This document shows positions 28,095-37,622 of a stretch of 64,000 nucleotides of DNA, piece by piece (position 1 is the first letter of the stretch; every line of letters begins with the position of its first letter). The notes below the pieces were generated by a model. The model was not told the DNA's origin, made no database searches, and saw only the letters and a program-made list of their open reading frames with translations. The stretch is from Bdellovibrio sp. (GTDB lineage Bacteria; Bdellovibrionota; Bdellovibrionia; Bdellovibrionales; Bdellovibrionaceae). The position numbers and the translations under genes are program-made. The DNA lies in the NCBI GenBank assembly GCA_036677065.1, contig JAKFBS010000002.1, forward strand, positions 480,001 through 544,000, written 5' to 3'.

Positions 28095-28463
28095 ATGAGT
28101 CAGATCTTTGAACTTAAGACCCACTACCAAATCGAATCAGCTAGGTTTTTACCCCACCTACCCGAAGGCCATCCGTGCAAACGAATGCATGGGCATAGCT
28201 TTAAAGTTATTCTGACTTTACGTGGGCCTTTGCAGCCTCACGTCGGCTGGGTGCAGGATTACCACGAAATTGATCACACCATGAAGCCGCTATTAGCAGC
28301 TATTGATCACCGTTTATTAAATGAAGTGACCGGATTAGAAAATCCAACCTCTGAGCTTTTAGCGAAATGGATATTCGATCACGCCGTCGTAAAATTACCA
28401 TTACTTAAGTCGGTGACCATAATGGAAACACCTACTACCGAGTGCACTTATCCCGTAATCTAG
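28095..28463 (+). CDS. queD: 6-carboxytetrahydropterin synthase QueD
   Basis: LPEGHPCKRMHGHSF (CxxxHGH), DHRLLNEVTGLENPTSE, MET. Confidence 0.85.
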   Translation: MSQIFELKTHYQIESARFLPHLPEGHPCKRMHGHSFKVILTLRGPLQPHVGWVQDYHEIDHTMKPLLAAIDHRLLNEVTGLENPTSELLAKWIFDHAVVKLPLLKSVTIMETPTTECTYPVI

Positions 28464-28467
28464 GAAT

Positions 28468-29025
28468 GTGACGCAAGTTAACTGCCGCCATTGCTATATT
28501 CCACTCATAAGATCAGGACAACAAATGGGTTGTCCGCAATGCCGTGCTTGTTTTATCCAGTTTTCATTCTTTCAAAAATATTTAGAACGCCGTAAATTTG
28601 AAATCTTCTGGCATGAAACTCAGAAACCAAAAAACTTAAGCCAGCACAACTGCCCCCAATGTAAATCACGCACGGGCTTATATATTCTAAATCATAAAAA
28701 TCAGATCGAGTATTGCACGCCTTGCCAACGTATCTGGATTGAAAAAAATATTCTCGAAGAATTAACTAAAGAAAAAAGCTATGCCGAATCGGATATCATT
28801 ATCACAGATCAGATCTTGGGATTAAATCCAAATTCTGATAGCCCCGGAATTATTTTTGCTTTGTTTGATCCACATACGGCGATGGGCCTACAAGCCGCCG
28901 AATACGCGACCAATAAAGTTACAAATCGCATCGTTGAAACTTCGCTATTCAAAAAATATCCGGTATTTACTTTTGCCTTAGTTGTGACAGTTGTTTGCGC
29001 GATGGCGTACTGTCACATTCATTAA
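28468..29025 (+). CDS. Double zinc-ribbon (zf-TFIIB-like) protein with C-terminal TM helix
   Basis: CRHC/CPQC and CPQC/CTPC..IW pairs; GTG start. Confidence 0.65.
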   Translation: MTQVNCRHCYIPLIRSGQQMGCPQCRACFIQFSFFQKYLERRKFEIFWHETQKPKNLSQHNCPQCKSRTGLYILNHKNQIEYCTPCQRIWIEKNILEELTKEKSYAESDIIITDQILGLNPNSDSPGIIFALFDPHTAMGLQAAEYATNKVTNRIVETSLFKKYPVFTFALVVTVVCAMAYCHIH

Positions 29026-29852
29026 TTTGCGAAATCTGAATTTACTTTAACAGCTTTATTATGAAATTGTTCAAGTTGTGAATCCTGTAAACCCAGTACA
29101 CCTTTTTGATAAAGCATAACTATAGTTGAACCCATTCTAAACATGCCAAGCTCGTCACCTTTTTGAACTTCTAGATTTTTATACTCTTTAATTAAAGGTT
29201 TAAAAACTTTGAACTGATTGCCACGAATTTCCGGATCAAAACTAAGAGCAATATCACCAACATTTGTTGCAGCCACAAACACCACGCCCACTAGGCCGCG
29301 GTCAGTTTTAATTTCTACATACACACGTTCGTTGATTGAAAATAGTTCGTGAATGTTTGAAGTAGACCAATTATTCACCGGCCATAAAGCACCTGGAATA
29401 TGAATCACGCGTTCAATCGTGCCATCCACCGGCGAATGCACACGGTGATAATCTGTCGGGCAAAGATAATAGGTTAAAAATTGGCCATCGCTATAGATAT
29501 CTAAAGCTTTATCAAAGCCTGCGAAATCTTTTACGTTATAAGTTTTGCCTTTAGCCTGAATCAATTTACCCTCAGCCATAAGGGCTGCCTGAGTAATCAC
29601 TGAGTCTGCGGGGTGCACAGCCCAAGTTCTACCCAATGGTCTGCGGCCTGATTTTAGTTTTCTGATAAAAAATTCACCCAAAGATGGGTACTGATCGACT
29701 GGTTTTTCAGCCTCTTCAAGGTTGATATGATAAGCTTTTGCAAAAATTCTAATGATCGGAGTCCAAATAAAGCGTGGAAACTGCAAATGAACCAATTTTC
29801 CTACAATATAGCTTAAATGATTTTTCGGTAAGAACTGTGTGATTGCTGCCAT
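29022..29852 (-). CDS. psd: Phosphatidylserine decarboxylase proenzyme
   Basis: FFIRKLK..R, HPADS, YLCPTDYHRVHSP, NER, FRMGST cleavage site. Confidence 0.93.
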   Translation of the reverse strand: MAAITQFLPKNHLSYIVGKLVHLQFPRFIWTPIIRIFAKAYHINLEEAEKPVDQYPSLGEFFIRKLKSGRRPLGRTWAVHPADSVITQAALMAEGKLIQAKGKTYNVKDFAGFDKALDIYSDGQFLTYYLCPTDYHRVHSPVDGTIERVIHIPGALWPVNNWSTSNIHELFSINERVYVEIKTDRGLVGVVFVAATNVGDIALSFDPEIRGNQFKVFKPLIKEYKNLEVQKGDELGMFRMGSTIVMLYQKGVLGLQDSQLEQFHNKAVKVNSDFAN

Positions 29853-29880
29853 GGGCTGATTCTGCTATATTCGGCGTTCA

Positions 29881-31434
29881 ATGTCGAAGATTTTTAAAGA
29901 TATTAAACTCAAAATTGATGATGATTTAGAAGCACATCTAGAATGGCTCATGCCTAAGCATGGCGAATTTCGCATCTTGCGTAAATCTGTCGACGCGCGC
30001 CAAAAACACTCTCCCCACTTTGTTTACACCATTGAAGTTGCTGAAGAGGGCGAAACCCTATCTTTAGAAAAATTTGAATTAGAAAAAATCAATTCTGAAA
30101 AGAAATTCGACCGCCCTATCGTTGTCGGCACCGGCCCTGCTGGATTATTTGCAGCGATTCGTTTAGTTGAACGTGGAATTCCATGTTTATTATTTGAACG
30201 TGGTTCTGAGTCTGCTGAACGTATAAAAGGGATTAATAAATACTGGCGCTATGGCCAACTAGATCCAAAAAATAATGTTTGTTACGGCGAAGGTGGCGCA
30301 GGGTTATATTCTGACGGAAAACTAATTACGCGCATTAAGTCTCCGCATATTCCTTATGTATTAAATCGCCTGGTGCAATTTGGTGCGCCGGCTGAAATTC
30401 AGTGGTTATCAAATCCGCATGTAGGTTCTGATAAAATTCGCCGCGTGATTCCTAAAGTTCGCGATTTTTTACGTGCGAATGGCTGCGAAATTCATTTCGA
30501 TTCTAAAGTTGAAAAACTTATTTACGGCGAAAAATCAATTCAAGGTGTTGTCATTGATGATGGTTCAGGAAAATTAACTGAATACAAATCTGACAATATT
30601 ATTTTAGCTACCGGCCATTCGGCAGAAGATATGCTGAATCACTTATTAGAATCAGGTGTGCATATCGAAGGTAAATCTTTTGCGATGGGTTTACGTATTG
30701 AACATCCGCAAAAATTAATTAATGAAATTCAATTTCGCCAGTTTTCAGAACATCCAAAATTAGGTTCTGCGAATTATAAACTAGTTCATCACGATGATAA
30801 AACCGGAATTGGTGTTTATAGTTTTTGTATGTGCCCGGGTGGCTACGTTTTATCAAGCGGCACTGAAAAAGACGGCGTAGTGTGTAATGGCATGAGTAAT
30901 TTTAATCGCAACTCTGAATTTGCTAATGCGGCGATTGTGGTCAGCATTCAGCATGAAAAATTATTTGGTGATGATTTACTGGGCGGCATGAAAATGCGTC
31001 GCCAATTAGAAACCCAAGCTTTTCAAGCGATTCAAGATAAAAAAGGCACTAAAGAATTACCCGCGCAAAATTTAGTTTCGTTTTTAAATAGATCAAATAA
31101 AAATGAATTACGAAAAACATCTTCACCTTCTGGAATTTTACCGATTCGTTTAGATGAACTACTTCCAAAATTTATGTATCAAAAAATTGCTGAAGGTTTA
31201 AATAACTTTAATAGCAATATGCGTGGGTTTATCTCTGAGCATTCACAGCTTTACGGGGTTGAATCACGCACGTCGTGCCCGCTTCGCGTAACACGTGATG
31301 ATGAATCATTAGAAAGCCTTTCGCACAAAGGTTTATACCCTTGTGGTGAAGGCGCTGGTTATGCTGGCGGAATCACTTCAGCAGCAGTCGATGGTATTCG
31401 CTGCGCTGATAAAATCTTTGAAAAATTAAAATAA
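29881..31434 (+). CDS. NAD(P)/FAD-dependent oxidoreductase (uncharacterised FAD-dependent dehydrogenase family)
   Basis: GTGPAG, GEGGAGLYSDGKL, SFCMCPGG, GEGAGYAGGITSAAVDG. Confidence 0.9.
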   Translation: MSKIFKDIKLKIDDDLEAHLEWLMPKHGEFRILRKSVDARQKHSPHFVYTIEVAEEGETLSLEKFELEKINSEKKFDRPIVVGTGPAGLFAAIRLVERGIPCLLFERGSESAERIKGINKYWRYGQLDPKNNVCYGEGGAGLYSDGKLITRIKSPHIPYVLNRLVQFGAPAEIQWLSNPHVGSDKIRRVIPKVRDFLRANGCEIHFDSKVEKLIYGEKSIQGVVIDDGSGKLTEYKSDNIILATGHSAEDMLNHLLESGVHIEGKSFAMGLRIEHPQKLINEIQFRQFSEHPKLGSANYKLVHHDDKTGIGVYSFCMCPGGYVLSSGTEKDGVVCNGMSNFNRNSEFANAAIVVSIQHEKLFGDDLLGGMKMRRQLETQAFQAIQDKKGTKELPAQNLVSFLNRSNKNELRKTSSPSGILPIRLDELLPKFMYQKIAEGLNNFNSNMRGFISEHSQLYGVESRTSCPLRVTRDDESLESLSHKGLYPCGEGAGYAGGITSAAVDGIRCADKIFEKLK

Positions 31435-31477
31435 TTTTGGATCGCTTAGACGAAGCTAAGCTTCGATCACTGAAAAA

Positions 31478-31795
31478 TTACTGGTAACAAGACACATAAG
31501 CTTCAGCCTGCACAGTGCATGTGTTGTTTGCCGTTTCAGTTCTAACGCTCCATTTCGAACGCAAAAAATAACCTGATCTGCAGATACCATGAGCGTAGTT
31601 AGACGCGGCATGGATCGCAGCTTTTTCGCCCACTTGGGGATCTTCTGGCGTGCAGGCTGCCGAATCAAAAGCGCGATAAGTACTGCAACCATCTACGCAA
31701 CCATTATGCGGATTACACGAATCCACCGGGCATAATGCCGCTGAAAATGCCGAAACAGAAATTAATAACACTGACACAAATAAACTAAGTTTCAT
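31478..31795 (-). CDS. Small secreted Cys-rich protein
   Basis: Signal peptide (SAFSA), 8 Cys, AAGGAG RBS. Confidence 0.75.
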   Translation of the reverse strand: MKLSLFVSVLLISVSAFSAALCPVDSCNPHNGCVDGCSTYRAFDSAACTPEDPQVGEKAAIHAASNYAHGICRSGYFLRSKWSVRTETANNTCTVQAEAYVSCYQ

Positions 31796-31828
31796 AAGAC
31801 GCTCTCCTTGATGTAGTCACTAGAACGC

Positions 31829-31880
31829 AATTGACCCGATTTGTATAAAGCTATATACAAAAGGTCAATAATTGACCCGA
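31829..31880. promoter_or_regulatory. Operator-like repeats between the divergent secreted protein and HTH regulator
   Basis: AATTGACCCGA twice (31829, 31870); dyad GGTCAAT-A-ATTGACC (31863-31877); TTGTATA/TATACAA dyad. Confidence 0.6.
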
Positions 31881-31898
31881 AAAGTAGGAAATTAGGCT

Positions 31899-32639
31899 AT
31901 GGATTACGAATGTAAGAAAATTCAGAAAACATTAAAGACCATCATGAAGTCTAAAAAAGCCACTTACGAGAGCCTGGCTAAAGCGTTAAAAACTTCTCCG
32001 GCTACAATCAAGCGCAGGCTAAACGGTGATGATTTAACTTTAAAACAAGTCAAAGACTTAGCAAGCAGCTTATCAGTTTCATTCTATGAAATTATTGAAT
32101 TATCAAAAATTGCAAAACGCGAACCGCATCTATTTACTGTCGAGCAAGAAAAACTTTTATCTTCAGATTTTAAAATCAAAATGTTATTTCGCCAGATTCT
32201 ATCAGATACAAACTTTACTGATATTAAAACCGTTCTAAAAATTTCAGAAAAAGAATTACGCTCTTACGCGCGCGATTTAGAAAAAGTAGGTTTAGTGCAA
32301 TTACTGCCCGGAGATCGTTTTCTATTACTCGTGCACTACCCATTTCGCTGGCAACCCAACGGTGCTCTTCATAAAACTTACGGCGATATGGTTTTAAAAA
32401 ATATTTTTAACCGCATCGAAACTGATAAGGGCGAATCTGGCTTGCATAAAAAGTTTGAATTAATTCTAAACGATGAAGCCTATAGTAAATTCTGCGAAGA
32501 AATCCAAAATGTGTATGGCAAGTACTTAAGCCTATCTGAAATCCATATGGAAACGCGGCCTGATTTAAGCCGCGTAGTCTCTGGAATATTTTTTATTGAT
32601 CGTTTTTCTGTCTGGGAAGAATCGAAAAACCGCTTATAA
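31899..32639 (+). CDS. XRE-family helix-turn-helix transcriptional regulator
   Basis: TYESLAKALKTSPATIKRRLN..LTL..LA; second winged-helix-like segment LEKVGLVQLLPG. Confidence 0.82.
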   Translation: MDYECKKIQKTLKTIMKSKKATYESLAKALKTSPATIKRRLNGDDLTLKQVKDLASSLSVSFYEIIELSKIAKREPHLFTVEQEKLLSSDFKIKMLFRQILSDTNFTDIKTVLKISEKELRSYARDLEKVGLVQLLPGDRFLLLVHYPFRWQPNGALHKTYGDMVLKNIFNRIETDKGESGLHKKFELILNDEAYSKFCEEIQNVYGKYLSLSEIHMETRPDLSRVVSGIFFIDRFSVWEESKNRL

Positions 32640-35600
32640 ATTACGACGGTACTGACCGCCCACTTCATAAAGCGCTTGTGACATTTGATACAACGTACAG
32701 TATCTTGCCGCACTCATTAGTGCTTGAAAGATATTTGCGCCACTTAGACAAGCTTCTTTAAGTTTTTTAATTTCAATTTCAGCTTGCACGTGGTTGGCTT
32801 TTTGCACGGTCTCAATTTGTTTTAGCTGATAATTTTTTTCTTCGGTTGAAGCACGCGCTAATTCAATTTTTGGTGGCTCATAACCTTTTTCTAAAGTTTT
32901 TGGATCGATAAAGGTATTTACCCCAATAATTGGCAATTCTCCTGAGTGCTTAAGATGTTCGTAATACATCGACTCTTCTTGAATTTTTGAGCGTTGATAC
33001 TGAGTCTCCATCGCACCCAACACACCGCCACGCTCGCTGATACGTTTAAATTCAGCAAGCACGGCCTCTTCAACAAGATCAGTTAATTCTTCGACGAAGT
33101 AACTGCCTTGGTTTTGGTTTTCATTTTTAGAAGCCCCGAATTCACGGTTAATGATCATTTGAATGGCCATCGCACGGCGAACTGATTCTTGTGTTGGTGT
33201 GGTGATCGCTTCATCGTAAGCATTCGTGTGTAACGAGTTACAGTTATCATTTAAGGCGATTAAGGCCTGTAACGTTGTACGAATGTCATTGAAATCAATT
33301 TCTTGCGCATGAAGTGATCTGCCAGATGTCTGAATATGGTATTTTAATTTTTGTGAACGATCATTCCCTTTATAAAGATCACGCATCGCTACAGCCCAAA
33401 TACGGCGCGCCACGCGACCTAACACGGTGTATTCAGGATCTAAACCATTTGAAAAGAAGAAACTTAAATTCGGTGCGAAATCATCGATTTTCATGCCGCG
33501 AGATAAGTAATATTCAACAAATGTAAAACCATTTGAAAGTGTAAATGCCAATTGAGAAATCGGATTCGCACCCGCTTCAGCGATATGGTAACCAGAAATA
33601 CTGACTGAATAGAAATTGCGGATATTTTTATCGATAAAGAATTGCTGGATATCACCCATCATTTTTAAGGCGAAGTTAATAGAGAAGATACACGTGTTCT
33701 GACCTTGGTCTTCTTTTAAGATATCAGCCTGAACTGTACCACGCACTTGCGACATTGTAGCTGTTGCTAACTGCTGCCATTCAGTGTCTGTCAGTTTTCT
33801 GCCAAGTTCAGTTTCTTTTTTAGCGACCTGCTGATCGATAGCCGTATTAAAATAAAACGCTAAGATCATCGGAGCCGGGCCATTGATCGTCATTGAAACT
33901 GAAGTGTTAAGATTCACTAAATCAAAACCGTCATACAGTTTTTTCATATCATCAAGGCAGCAAATGCTTACGCCTGATTCGCCCACTTTACCGTAGATAT
34001 CCGGACGCAAATCTGGATCTTGACCGTATAAAGTTACAGAATCAAATGCCGTTGATAAACGATGGGCCTTTTCGCCTTTACATAAATAATGAAAACGACG
34101 GTTCGTGCGTTCTGGAGTGCCTTCGCCGGCGAACATACGCTTTGGATCTTCATCGGCACGTTTTAATTGAAAGACACCTGCCGTGTAAGGAAATTCTCCG
34201 GCAACGTTTTCCATTTTTAAGAAAGTAAAACGATCGCCCCAGTCTTTTAAAGTAGGTAAAACAATTTTACGGATTTTCGTGCCGCTTAATGATTTAGTTA
34301 CTAAACTTTGACGAATTTCTTTATCACGCACTTTAAAGATTAATTCATCTTGGGCGTAGATACGTTTTAATTCATCCCATTTTTCTAAAGACTGTAGTTC
34401 TTCAGTAGTAAAACCTTCTGAGAATTCATTACGTTTTTTAGTTACAACTTCTGGAGTTAAGCCCAGATCAGTTTTTAAATTCTCTAAAGCTCCAAGTTTT
34501 GAAGCTTTCTCAGATAAAGTTTTAACGCGGTCTTTATACTTATGCACACTTGATACGATCTCAGCCAGATAGTTTTGGCGATCTGGTGGAATCACTGTGT
34601 GCTCATCAGCAGATAATACCGTGTCACGGTAAGCCTTCGGAACTTCAGGTAATGATTTTAATTCATGTAATTTGTCTGTGACCGAGAAAAATAAATTATT
34701 TACGCCGCCGTCATTAAACTGTGAAGCTTGCGTTAAGAACACCGGAACAGAAATTTTATCGTCCCAGATTTTACGAGAACGTTTATATTGTTTTGTTACA
34801 TCGCGTACGGCATCAAGGGCCCCGCGGCGATCAGCTTTATTCACGGCCACGAAATCAGCGAAATCGATCATATCGATTTTTTCTAGCTGCGATTGCGCCC
34901 CGAAATCAGAAGTCATCACATACATTGATAAATCAGACACATCGGTGATTGCCATGTTACCCTGGCCGATACCTGAAGTTTCAGCGATAATAAAATCAAA
35001 ATCACAGTGTTTTAAGAAATTTAAAATATCTGGCAATGAACTTGCGATCTCTTTACCAGATCCACGCGACGCCACTGAACGCATAAAGATATGCGGGCGT
35101 GATAACGAGTTCATACGAATACGATCGCCTAGTAGCGAACCACCCGTTTTACGTTTTGATGGATCAACACAGACGATAGCTATTTTTTGTTCTGGGTAAG
35201 CATTTAAAAACCGCTGTGATAATTCATCGATCAACGATGATTTACCTGCTCCGCCTGTTCCTGTAATACCTAAGACTTTTGGCGCCGCACCTTTGCGGAT
35301 AAAATTCTTTAAACCGAAATCTTCAGGTTTGACATTTTTTTGTCCGTTTTCGATTGCGGTTAATGCAATACCAATTTCAGTTGAAGGAATATTGTCGCCG
35401 GCAAAAACATTTTTAGATTCTGCAGATAATTTTGAAGGCATCGCAAAATCACAACCTTCAACAATCATTTTGATCATGCCTTCTAGGCCTAAACGACGGC
35501 CGTCATCGGGATGAAAAATTTGCGAGATACCATAAGCTTCTAGTTCGCGCTTTTCGTCATAAACGATAACGCCGCCACCGCCGCCGTAAATTTTTACATG

Positions 35601-35858
35601 CGAAGCGCCTGCCTGATTTAATAAATCACGTAAGTATTTAAAGTATTCCATGTGACCGCCCTGATACGAGCTAATACACACGCCTTGTGCGCCTTCTTGC
35701 AGAACAGCTTTAACAACGTCATTTACCGAGCGGTTATGACCTAAATGGATAACTTCGGCACCAAACTCTTGAAGCATCCGACGAATAATGTTGATCGATG
35801 CATCGTGACCGTCAAAAAGTGAAGCTGCAGTTACAATACGCACAGGATTTTTTGTCAT
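32634..35858 (-). CDS. icmF: Fused isobutyryl-CoA mutase/GTPase IcmF (AdoCbl-dependent)
   Basis: FDGHDAS B12 domain; GTGGAGKSS, LGDRIRMN, ETSGIGQ, NKAD GTPase; RMFAGEG (Phe-type), VQADILKEDQGQ mutase barrel. Confidence 0.95.
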   Translation of the reverse strand: MTKNPVRIVTAASLFDGHDASINIIRRMLQEFGAEVIHLGHNRSVNDVVKAVLQEGAQGVCISSYQGGHMEYFKYLRDLLNQAGASHVKIYGGGGGVIVYDEKRELEAYGISQIFHPDDGRRLGLEGMIKMIVEGCDFAMPSKLSAESKNVFAGDNIPSTEIGIALTAIENGQKNVKPEDFGLKNFIRKGAAPKVLGITGTGGAGKSSLIDELSQRFLNAYPEQKIAIVCVDPSKRKTGGSLLGDRIRMNSLSRPHIFMRSVASRGSGKEIASSLPDILNFLKHCDFDFIIAETSGIGQGNMAITDVSDLSMYVMTSDFGAQSQLEKIDMIDFADFVAVNKADRRGALDAVRDVTKQYKRSRKIWDDKISVPVFLTQASQFNDGGVNNLFFSVTDKLHELKSLPEVPKAYRDTVLSADEHTVIPPDRQNYLAEIVSSVHKYKDRVKTLSEKASKLGALENLKTDLGLTPEVVTKKRNEFSEGFTTEELQSLEKWDELKRIYAQDELIFKVRDKEIRQSLVTKSLSGTKIRKIVLPTLKDWGDRFTFLKMENVAGEFPYTAGVFQLKRADEDPKRMFAGEGTPERTNRRFHYLCKGEKAHRLSTAFDSVTLYGQDPDLRPDIYGKVGESGVSICCLDDMKKLYDGFDLVNLNTSVSMTINGPAPMILAFYFNTAIDQQVAKKETELGRKLTDTEWQQLATATMSQVRGTVQADILKEDQGQNTCIFSINFALKMMGDIQQFFIDKNIRNFYSVSISGYHIAEAGANPISQLAFTLSNGFTFVEYYLSRGMKIDDFAPNLSFFFSNGLDPEYTVLGRVARRIWAVAMRDLYKGNDRSQKLKYHIQTSGRSLHAQEIDFNDIRTTLQALIALNDNCNSLHTNAYDEAITTPTQESVRRAMAIQMIINREFGASKNENQNQGSYFVEELTDLVEEAVLAEFKRISERGGVLGAMETQYQRSKIQEESMYYEHLKHSGELPIIGVNTFIDPKTLEKGYEPPKIELARASTEEKNYQLKQIETVQKANHVQAEIEIKKLKEACLSGANIFQALMSAARYCTLYQMSQALYEVGGQYRRNL

Positions 35859-36655
35859 TATATACCTTTAAAATTTGGTTTTCTTTTTTCAGTGAAAGCT
35901 TTTGTGCCTTCAGTGGTATCAAACGAACCGAACAGGCCACCGAATACATCAGCTTCATTTTTCAATGCAGGTTCTGTATCTAAATCAAAAGCCTGATTGA
36001 TAGAAAGTTTTGCTTTACCGATCGCTAACGGAGATTTTGTTAACATCATTTCGATTTTTTTATTCACCGCTTGCATAAGCTCAGATTGCGGTACAACTTG
36101 CGAAACTAAGCCAAGCTTTAACGCCTCATCAGCTTTAATTATTTCACCGGTAAAAGTTAATTCACGCGCTTTGCGAATTCCAACTGCGCGAGTTAGGCGA
36201 ACTGTTCCGCCAAAGCCTGGAATTAATCCAAGCGATACTTCTGGTAAGCCGAATTTTGCGTTGTCACTGGCAATCATAAAATCACAACCAAGGGCTAATT
36301 CTAAACCACCACCTAAGGCAAAACCATTCACAGCGGCGATCACTGGAATTTTTAATAAATTTAATTCATGAAATACGGCTTGGCCTTTTTCTGCGAAAGC
36401 TACGGCTTGCGCATTTGACATATCAAGCATTTCTTTAATGTCAGCGCCCGCAACGAATGCTTTTTCGCCCGCTCCTGTGATCACTAAGACTTTTGCCGTT
36501 TCATAATCAAGTTCTGAAATCTGGCGAAGAGTTTCGGCCATTTCGTTTAACACTGTTTGGTTTAAAGCGTTTAAACTTTCAGGGCGGTTAATTGTTAAAA
36601 TCCAAACACCGTTTTCTTTTTGTTCAAGTTTAATAGTTTGATAATCTAAATTCAT
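35858..36655 (-). CDS. crt: Enoyl-CoA hydratase (crotonase)
   Basis: AFVAGADI, ALGGGLELALGCD, FGLPEVSLGLIPGFGG. Confidence 0.92.
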   Translation of the reverse strand: MNLDYQTIKLEQKENGVWILTINRPESLNALNQTVLNEMAETLRQISELDYETAKVLVITGAGEKAFVAGADIKEMLDMSNAQAVAFAEKGQAVFHELNLLKIPVIAAVNGFALGGGLELALGCDFMIASDNAKFGLPEVSLGLIPGFGGTVRLTRAVGIRKARELTFTGEIIKADEALKLGLVSQVVPQSELMQAVNKKIEMMLTKSPLAIGKAKLSINQAFDLDTEPALKNEADVFGGLFGSFDTTEGTKAFTEKRKPNFKGI

Positions 36656-36665
36656 ATATTCCTAC

Positions 36666-37529
36666 TTATTTTGCGTAATTATAAAAACCGCGACCAGATT
36701 TGCGACCTAACCAGCCGGCTTCAACGTATTTTACTAATAATGGACTTGGGCGATATTTTGAATCTCCTAAACCATCATGAAGAACGTTCATAATCGCAAG
36801 GCATGTGTCTAAACCGATAAAATCAGCTAACGTCAAAGGCCCCATGGGTTGATTGGTTCCAAGTTTCATCGCGTTATCGATAGATTCAACTGACGCAATA
36901 CCTTCGTGTAATGTGTAAACCGCTTCGTTGATCATCGGCATTAAAATACGGTTGACGATAAAACCTGGCATGTCCTTTACAGATTCAACGAAAACTTTTC
37001 CAAGTTTTTCTGATAAAGCTTTAGTTGTTGAGAAAGTCTCATCACTTGTTTGCAAACCTTTGATGCCTTCAACTAATTGCATAAGTGGAACTGGATTCAT
37101 GAAATGCATCCCAACGACCTTATCAGGACGCGAAGTGCAGGCTGCAATTTTAGTGATCGAAATCGAAGATGTGTTTGTTGCTAAGATCGAACCAGCTTTT
37201 ACTGTTTGATCTAAGTCTTTGAAAATTTTAAGTTTTAAATCAATATTCTCAGTTGCAGCCTCAACAACGAAATCGCAATCTTTAAGATCTGTTAATTGCG
37301 TTGTGGCTTTTACTTTTCCAAGTAAGGCTTTTTTAACATCTTCAGTCATCGTGCCTTTTTTGATTAAACGATCACAGCTTCCGGCAATTGTCGTTAGACC
37401 TTTGTCGAGAGCAGCATTCGAGACATCGAACATCACAACTTCATAGCCACAAGCTGCTGCAACTTGTGTAATACCGTTACCCATTTGGCCTGCGCCAACA
37501 ACGCCGATTTTTTTGATGTTTTGAACCAT
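36666..37529 (-). CDS. hbd: 3-hydroxybutyryl-CoA dehydrogenase
   Basis: GAGQMGNG, VEAATE, TNTSS, GMHFMNP, PMGPLTLADFIGLD. Confidence 0.94.
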   Translation of the reverse strand: MVQNIKKIGVVGAGQMGNGITQVAAACGYEVVMFDVSNAALDKGLTTIAGSCDRLIKKGTMTEDVKKALLGKVKATTQLTDLKDCDFVVEAATENIDLKLKIFKDLDQTVKAGSILATNTSSISITKIAACTSRPDKVVGMHFMNPVPLMQLVEGIKGLQTSDETFSTTKALSEKLGKVFVESVKDMPGFIVNRILMPMINEAVYTLHEGIASVESIDNAMKLGTNQPMGPLTLADFIGLDTCLAIMNVLHDGLGDSKYRPSPLLVKYVEAGWLGRKSGRGFYNYAK

Positions 37530-37622
37530 GACTTTGCCTCCTAAAATGCTTGAAAAATAATGCTTAGTTATAGCAAAGAACTGGTCTTGAATGAAACGAC
37601 TAAGATCAGTGACAATGGTTAG

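Noticed and set aside
37530..37622. Cobalamin riboswitch upstream of hbd-crt-icmF
   Set aside because: The gap is only about 90 bp and no B12-box was seen
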